Of a stretch of 12,369 bases of DNA, positions 6,623-12,369 are shown piece by piece. This DNA comes from Nanobdellati archaeon (GTDB lineage: Archaea > EX4484-52 > GLR71). Positions within the stretch are counted from its first letter, which is position 1, and every line of letters begins with the position of its first letter. A program made the position numbers and the translations under genes. The DNA is taken from the NCBI GenBank assembly GCA_019429125.1, contig JAHYJO010000026.1:1-12369 (forward strand), given 5' to 3'. The notes beneath the pieces were generated by a model. The model was not told the DNA's origin. It did not search any database and saw only the letters and a program-made list of their open reading frames with translations.

Positions 6623-8805
6623 TCATATTTAGCCAAAACAAACCCTATCTGCCCGAAACTGATACCCCCATCACCAGCAGGCACTTTTGAATTGATAAGC
6701 ACACCTTTCTTAATCATATATCCAGTAACATACCGATTATAAGCCACACCTCCTGAGAAAACAATAGGCAACCCACCAGAAACCGATTCAGCAATCAGAT
6801 ACAGTCCGCGAGAAACATAATCAAACACAGTTGCAGCAAGCCGTGCTTTATCTTTATCTCTATTTTTCCACAAAAATTCAAAAAGACAAGTAGTATTAAG
6901 TATCAAAACTCCATCTTTTTCTTCAATCACAGGCTCAAGTTCATAAGGTGTTGCAGCAGCCGCAAAACTTTCAAGAGAAATTGCAGGCTCACCTGAATAT
7001 GTCATCTTATCACAAATTTCAAGAAGTGCAGATGCCGCATCAAATATACGCCCGCAACTTGTAGTTTTAACAATATTGAAATCCATATCAATCTGTTTCT
7101 TCCACATAACAGTAGCACTGCCAAACATAGCAGAAAGTTCTTCATCATTTAAAAACCGTGACAATATTCCAAATAGCATCTTTTTAGGTTCTCGGACCGC
7201 AGATTCACCGCCGACAATCATCTGTTCCGAAAGATGCCCAACACGTTTATAATCACCATTTTTTACCACAAAAATCTCACTGCCCCAGACACCGTCATCA
7301 AGACCATAGCCCGACCCGTCACAAGATATGCTGACAAAAGATGAAAACCCCTGCTCAAGTGCAACCGAATAAGCATGTGCTAAATGATGCTGAACAAAAA
7401 CCACACGAGCACCAAGTTTCAAAGCCAATTTAGTTGCATACTTTACACAATAATAATCTGGATGCATATCACAGGCAACAATTGATGGTTTTGACTTTGT
7501 AACTTTCAAGAAAAATTTAATATTTTTCTCCCACACAGAAGCAGTCTTTGCATTTGACAGATTACCCATGTGTTGAGAGACAAAAACCTTACCACCTTTA
7601 TAAATTGAGAAAGTATTTGATTCATCAGCACCCAAAGCGATAATCTCAACATCCTTCTTGACACCTACACCAACAGACCTAGGCGCAAACCCGCGCGAAC
7701 GCCGAAGAAACAATCTTTTATCACCAATTACTTTAACGACCGAGTCATCAACCATGTTTACTATCTTTCTATCATCAGACAATTCAAGATCAACCATACC
7801 CTGAGATTCTGTATTTATTGGCTCGCCCGGAAAGTTGCAGGATGTCATGACAACAGGTCCTTTAAACCTATCTAAAATTAGATAATGCAGTGCTGTATAC
7901 GGCAACATAATCCCTATACTGTCAAGTGCAGACACTTTTAAAAATGAACTCCTATCTTTTTTTTCAAGGACAACTATAGGTCTCTCAATTGACAATAGCT
8001 CAGATTTTTCAGTATCAGAAATTACCGCAACATCAGACGCACAAGATAAGTCCGAAACCATGATAGCCAATGGTTTTGACGGTCTTTTTATAATTTTTTT
8101 AAGCATCTTTAACGCATAAGGATTAGTAGCAGCACAAGACAAATGATATCCACCCACACCTTTAATTGCAACAACATTCCCCTCTTTTATCGCAACGACT
8201 GCGCACTTAACAGCATCAAATGACTTTGCAACAACCTTACCATCTTTAAAAAAACTAAGTTGTGGTCCACAGTCGTGACACGCAATAGTCTGCGCATGAT
8301 ACCGTCTATCAGAGGGATTATTATACTCTTTTTTACACTTATCACACATTGCATAAAAAGACATTGAAGTCACATTACGGTCATAAGGCATATCACTTGT
8401 GATACTAAATCGCGGACCGCAATTAGTGCACGTAGTAAAATGATATTTGTTTCTTATGTTAGAAGTATCATTTAGTTCGCGCAAGCAATCCTCACATATT
8501 GCAGTATCAGGCAGAATCTCTGTATTACCACCCCCGAACTTAGACCCTAAAATTTCAAAATCCGTAAAGAACGAAACAGAAATATCGGTCTCTTCAACTT
8601 TAATATCATCAATAACAGCCAGAGGCGGTAATTTACTTTTATCTTTTAAGATATCCGCAAATGCGCCATCATTAACAACTATTTCAACACCACTGCTTGT
8701 ATTTCTGACATATCCTTTGAGCGCAATCTTTTTCGCCGCGCGATATATGAAAGGCCTAAAACCCACACCTTGCACCGCGCCAGAGACAGTTATTTTATAG
8801 AACAT
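6619..8805 (-). CDS. hypF: Carbamoyltransferase HypF
   Basis: Acylphosphatase-like N-terminus (GAVQGVGFRPF, GYVRN), two zinc fingers (CEDC..CTNC; CDKC..CHDC), YrdC-like KGVGGYHL, and Kae1-like QHHLAH, DGSGYG and GDGGISFGQ. Confidence 0.97.
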   Translation of the reverse strand: MFYKITVSGAVQGVGFRPFIYRAAKKIALKGYVRNTSSGVEIVVNDGAFADILKDKSKLPPLAVIDDIKVEETDISVSFFTDFEILGSKFGGGNTEILPDTAICEDCLRELNDTSNIRNKYHFTTCTNCGPRFSITSDMPYDRNVTSMSFYAMCDKCKKEYNNPSDRRYHAQTIACHDCGPQLSFFKDGKVVAKSFDAVKCAVVAIKEGNVVAIKGVGGYHLSCAATNPYALKMLKKIIKRPSKPLAIMVSDLSCASDVAVISDTEKSELLSIERPIVVLEKKDRSSFLKVSALDSIGIMLPYTALHYLILDRFKGPVVMTSCNFPGEPINTESQGMVDLELSDDRKIVNMVDDSVVKVIGDKRLFLRRSRGFAPRSVGVGVKKDVEIIALGADESNTFSIYKGGKVFVSQHMGNLSNAKTASVWEKNIKFFLKVTKSKPSIVACDMHPDYYCVKYATKLALKLGARVVFVQHHLAHAYSVALEQGFSSFVSISCDGSGYGLDDGVWGSEIFVVKNGDYKRVGHLSEQMIVGGESAVREPKKMLFGILSRFLNDEELSAMFGSATVMWKKQIDMDFNIVKTTSCGRIFDAASALLEICDKMTYSGEPAISLESFAAAATPYELEPVIEEKDGVLILNTTCLFEFLWKNRDKDKARLAATVFDYVSRGLYLIAESVSGGLPIVFSGGVAYNRYVTGYMIKKGVLINSKVPAGDGGISFGQIGFVLAKYD

Positions 8806-8856
8806 GTATTATCAATACTATATTAGAATAGAAAATTTAAAAAAATGAACCAATAT

Positions 8857-10959
8857 TCAACACACATTAGCCCCGTTCTTAATCATCTTATCAACACTCA
8901 ATAAAACGACATCCTTGCCTTTTTCAGCAGCAAGAACCATACCCTGAGACTCAATACCGCGAAGCATAGCAGGCTTTAAGTTAGATACGACAATAATTTG
9001 CTTACCTTTCAGTTCACTAGGCTTATAATAAGCTTTCATGCCAGCCACAATCTGCCTGACCTCAGTCCCTAAATCAACAGACAACACATACAATTTATCT
9101 GCTTCAGGATGATCTTTGACATCAACAACTGTACCTACCTTAAATTTAAACTTACTGAACACTTCATAAGTTACCATACTATCACCATCATCTTTATCAC
9201 TTTTCTTTGAACCTTTTGAAACCTTTGAATCTTTTAAATCCTTTGAACCTTTTGCATCTTTATCAACTTTAACATCTTTACCAGCTTTAACTTCTTTAAC
9301 ATCCTTACCCGAAAACAAAACCTCATATTTAGCTGTATCTTCCTTCTCAATCTTTTTGAAAAGTATTTCTGGAGTACCAAGCTTTTGCCCAACCTTAAGA
9401 ACGACACCACGCCCAGACTTACCAACATCATCTTTGTACCCTAACTGTTTCCATAACCCTCTTGAAGCGACAGGAACAAACGGATAAAGGAGTCTAGCGA
9501 TAGACGAGCACATATTAAGGCACACATTAAGCACCGTACCGCACCGTACCTTATCAGTCTTCACAAGAACCCAAGGTTCATTTTTCTGGAAATATTGATT
9601 GGCTAGGTTTGACAACTCAAGCACAGTCTTCAAAGCTTCCTTTAATTCAAATATCTCCATCTTTTCAGCATATTTCTCTTTTAACTTTTCAACCTTATCG
9701 ATTATTTTTATATCATCAGGATTCAATGCACATTCAGGAACCACACCTAAATGTTTCCCTGAAAATGACAACGTCCTAAACAAGAAATTGCCAATGTTTG
9801 CAACAAGCTCATTGTTAGTCTTATCCATCAAATCCTGCCAACTAAAATCATAATCTTTATGTTCAGGCAAAATCACAGACAGATAAAATCTCCAGATGGA
9901 CGGTTCAATATCAATCTTGCTCAAGTCAGAGGTAAATATCCCTAAATTCCTGCTCTTTGAAAACTGTTGACCTTGATAATTAAGATACTCATTTGATGCC
10001 ACATAATCAGGAAGTGTCCACTTATTGTTTGACATAAGTTCAGATGGCCAAATAATAGTATGGAAAGGTACATTGTCTTTGCCTAAAAAATGAATTATCC
10101 TTGTATCTTTACTTTGCCACCAAGTTTTCCAGTCTTTAGGTAATAAATCACAAGTAAAAGCAATATAACCGACAGGTGCATCAAACCATACATAAAACAC
10201 TTTATCTTCATAACCAGCTTTAGGTATCTTTGTACCCCAATTAAGATTACGGCTGATACATCGTGGTTCAAGCCCTTCCTTAATCCAGGCAAGTGGCATG
10301 TTACGTATTACACCTTTCCAATCATCTTTAGATTCTATCCATTTCTTAAGAGCTGGAGCAATTTTAGGCAAGTCAAGAAACAAGTGCATATCTTTTCTAA
10401 CTTCAGGAACTTTTCCGCAAAGTTTACATTTTGGATTTTTAAGTTCAATAGGTTCCAAAAATTTAGAACAATTATCGCACTGGTCACCTTTAGCGCCCTC
10501 AAACCCGCAATGTGGGCAAGTGCCTTCAACATATGAATCAGGCAGATACATATTATCATGTTTGCAATAAAGAAGCGTCAATTCTTTCTCAAGAATAAGA
10601 CCTTTTTTGTCAAGATCATTAAATATTTCTTGAGTCAACATCTTATTGGTGTCTGAACTGGTACGACCAAAAGCATCAAACTCAATCCCTAACCATTTAA
10701 AATTAGTAAGTATATCATTATGCATCTGCTTACAATATTTATCAGGTGTAATACCTCTATGCTTAGCCTCAATCTCAGTCCTTGTCCCAGACTCATCAGT
10801 ACCGCAAATAAAGATAGTATCTTTTCCATTCAATTTCAGATACCGAGAGTATATATCAGCCCTAAGCGTGCATATGATGTTACCTAAATGAGGCACATTA
10901 TTCACATAAGGAAGAGCCGCTGTGACAAGAGTTCTTTTAAATTCAACTATAATTAACAC
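8857..10959 (-). CDS. metG: Methionyl-tRNA synthetase with C-terminal OB-fold tRNA-binding domain
   Basis: ALPY...PHLGN (HIGH), zinc knuckles, FYVWFDAP.GY, GKDN..FH, FSKS (KMSKS-like), and C-terminal HPEADKLY...RQIVAG...SQGMVLAA. The start is a GTG and is uncertain. Confidence 0.97.
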   Translation of the reverse strand: MLIIVEFKRTLVTAALPYVNNVPHLGNIICTLRADIYSRYLKLNGKDTIFICGTDESGTRTEIEAKHRGITPDKYCKQMHNDILTNFKWLGIEFDAFGRTSSDTNKMLTQEIFNDLDKKGLILEKELTLLYCKHDNMYLPDSYVEGTCPHCGFEGAKGDQCDNCSKFLEPIELKNPKCKLCGKVPEVRKDMHLFLDLPKIAPALKKWIESKDDWKGVIRNMPLAWIKEGLEPRCISRNLNWGTKIPKAGYEDKVFYVWFDAPVGYIAFTCDLLPKDWKTWWQSKDTRIIHFLGKDNVPFHTIIWPSELMSNNKWTLPDYVASNEYLNYQGQQFSKSRNLGIFTSDLSKIDIEPSIWRFYLSVILPEHKDYDFSWQDLMDKTNNELVANIGNFLFRTLSFSGKHLGVVPECALNPDDIKIIDKVEKLKEKYAEKMEIFELKEALKTVLELSNLANQYFQKNEPWVLVKTDKVRCGTVLNVCLNMCSSIARLLYPFVPVASRGLWKQLGYKDDVGKSGRGVVLKVGQKLGTPEILFKKIEKEDTAKYEVLFSGKDVKEVKAGKDVKVDKDAKGSKDLKDSKVSKGSKKSDKDDGDSMVTYEVFSKFKFKVGTVVDVKDHPEADKLYVLSVDLGTEVRQIVAGMKAYYKPSELKGKQIIVVSNLKPAMLRGIESQGMVLAAEKGKDVVLLSVDKMIKNGANVC
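9178..9309 (-). repeat. Degenerate 9-bp (tripeptide) repeats encoding a K/D/S-rich linker in MetG
   Basis: GKDVKEVKAGKDVKVDKDAKGSKDLKDSKVSKGSKKSDKDDGDS; + strand units such as TTTGAACCT, TTTGAATCT and TTTAACATC. Confidence 0.7.
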
Positions 10960-10982
10960 CTAAATTAACTTTGAAATGAAAT

Positions 10983-10990
10983 TATATAAA
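10983..10990 (-). promoter_or_regulatory. TATA box of metG
   Basis: TTTATATA lies 24-31 nt upstream of GTG 10959. Confidence 0.5.
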
Positions 10991-11014
10991 ATAATATTTT
11001 TAATTAAGAAAAAA

Positions 11015-11797
11015 TCAAAGATTTTTAGTAATATTTCGTGCGTCCCTTATCACTATTGATGGTTTATCTTCAGCCGCAATTCCTGAAAGGTCAGCCTCTG
11101 TAGATTCGCCGGTGAGCACAAGCCCAGTCCTAAACCCGCACATGTTACCGAATTTAATATCAGTCTTAAGATTATCTCCAATTAGAAGAGTATCTTCAGG
11201 GAAAAGAAAAACATCAGTTAAAAGCCTGGATTTCATCTCTTGAGATGGCATACCCAAAAGTGTAACTTCAGCCCCCGTAAAACTCTTGACAGCCTCAACT
11301 ATAGACATTTCAGCAGGATATACATCATCATCAACATACCAGTTACGGTTCATTCCAGTCGCATAAAGCTTAGCACCTTTCTTAACAAGGTCACCAATCT
11401 TTTTGAGTTTCATATAATTAAAATTTCGGTCAATTGAAATAATGATATGTTCAGCATCTTCAGAAACAGTTATCCCATGATTCCCAAACTCAGATATAAG
11501 ACCGCGCTCACCACATAGATAAACTCTATCAATCCCTTTAGATTCAAAATAAGTTGCAGCAACATACCCAGAAGATATTATCTCATCCTCTTTTGTCTTA
11601 AGGCCAAGTTTAGTCAACTTTTCAGCCATCATAGACCTTGTAAGAACACAATTATCAGTAACATAATACACTTTCTTATGTCTTTTCTTAAGTGTCGTAA
11701 TAAGTTTTTCCATATGAGGATTAAGCGTATTCCAACTCATAACCGTTCCGTTAATATCAAAGATGAAAGTCCTTATAGATCCAAAATTCACAAGCAT
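11015..11797 (-). CDS. HAD-superfamily subfamily IIA (NagD/PGP-like) protein
   Basis: FIFDINGT (motif I), VTDN (II), LLGMP (III position), IGDNLKTDI..G (IV) and LVLTGES; 260 aa with a C2a-type cap. Confidence 0.9.
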   Translation of the reverse strand: MLVNFGSIRTFIFDINGTVMSWNTLNPHMEKLITTLKKRHKKVYYVTDNCVLTRSMMAEKLTKLGLKTKEDEIISSGYVAATYFESKGIDRVYLCGERGLISEFGNHGITVSEDAEHIIISIDRNFNYMKLKKIGDLVKKGAKLYATGMNRNWYVDDDVYPAEMSIVEAVKSFTGAEVTLLGMPSQEMKSRLLTDVFLFPEDTLLIGDNLKTDIKFGNMCGFRTGLVLTGESTEADLSGIAAEDKPSIVIRDARNITKNL

Positions 11798-11820
11798 ACC
11801 GACTATTTGTAAGAAATAGG

Positions 11821-11828
11821 TTTATATA
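11821..11828 (-). promoter_or_regulatory. TATA box of the HAD gene
   Basis: TATATAAA lies 24-31 nt upstream of ATG 11797. Confidence 0.5.
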
Positions 11829-11854
11829 TTTGTATTTTTAATATCTCTAAAATA

Positions 11855-12196
11855 TTATAATTTAACCCAAATAACCGCACCTTTTGGATGTCTATAAAGT
11901 ATCGGGTTAGTTAACTTAATTGCATTCTTTATAACCCATGCATACTTCTTTTCATAATTTATTTCTTTAATATCTTCTTTAGTTATACAATGTTTTTCAA
12001 TATTATCTTCTAAATCTATTGTAGAAAGAACAGGTAAAACCTCAATTATTTCACAAATACCCACTATTTTTCCAGAACCACTTTGTATTAATGCTATTTT
12101 TCCACGTTTATTTGTATTACAACCCCGTATTTCCCACGTTTTTTTACCTTCAAAAATTTTATTAAGCCATTTAGCTTTGATTATTAATCCATCCAT
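11855..12196 (-). CDS. ASCH-domain (PUA-like) protein
   Basis: GLIIK..W...I..GKKTWEIR (GxKxxExR signature), SGKIVG, YAWV and HPKGAVIWVKL. Start moved to ATG 12196 because TTTATAAT (12228-12221) sits 25-32 nt upstream. Confidence 0.9.
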   Translation of the reverse strand: MDGLIIKAKWLNKIFEGKKTWEIRGCNTNKRGKIALIQSGSGKIVGICEIIEVLPVLSTIDLEDNIEKHCITKEDIKEINYEKKYAWVIKNAIKLTNPILYRHPKGAVIWVKL

Positions 12197-12322
12197 AATA
12201 ATTATTAATATATAACCCAAATTATAAATCTGTTTATTTGTTGAGACCATCCAGTTAAGGAAATCCCTTTTAAAGTAATCTCTTTTTTAACGAAGACCTA
12301 ATTCGACTTATCAACAGTTAAC

Positions 12323-12330
12323 TATATATA
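12323..12330 (+). promoter_or_regulatory. TATA box for a gene leaving the window to the right
   Basis: TATATATA followed by ATGs at 12343 and 12350. Confidence 0.4.
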
Positions 12331-12349
12331 CTCCCAATTCGAATGGCTC

Positions 12350-12369
12350 ATGAGAAAAGCGATAACAGT
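12350..12369 (+). CDS. Possible start of a downstream gene (MRKAIT...), partial
   Basis: ATG about 20-27 nt after a TATA box and open to the window end; too short to verify. Confidence 0.25.

Noticed and set aside
674-11437. Short alternative ORFs in the track (e.g. 674-859, 1935-2141, 4521-5159, 5548-6153, 6196-6588, 8447-8800, 10298-10570)
   Set aside because: They are antisense or out-of-frame shadows of well-supported genes and have no motifs.
12197-12250. N-terminal extension of the ASCH ORF from ATG 12250
   Set aside because: It spans the TATA box, and the domain begins at Met 12196.

Overview
AT-rich archaeal-type genomic window. Most genes have a TATA box about 21-33 nt upstream of the start codon, and hypE has a GAGGTGA RBS. 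A DPANN-like origin is an inference only. From left to right: (1) the left end and transposase 5' part of an IS1634-like element, missed by the ORF track; (2) a rhomboid protease; (3) a ~490-bp non-coding element bounded by IS-like inverted ends and carrying six oriented TTTGACA boxes (probable MITE); (4) a compact alpha-glucan phosphorylase; (5) an alpha/beta hydrolase whose catalytic His is cut off by two +1 frameshifts; (6) a [NiFe]-hydrogenase maturation cluster, hypCDE with convergent hypF, and no hypAB or hydrogenase in view; (7) metG with a repetitive linker and C-terminal tRNA-binding domain; (8) a HAD-IIA protein with degenerate catalytic motifs; (9) a compositionally foreign ASCH-domain gene. 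I see no clearly novel multi-gene system. The most unusual structure is the 1255-1747 repeat element and its link to the neighbouring IS end.
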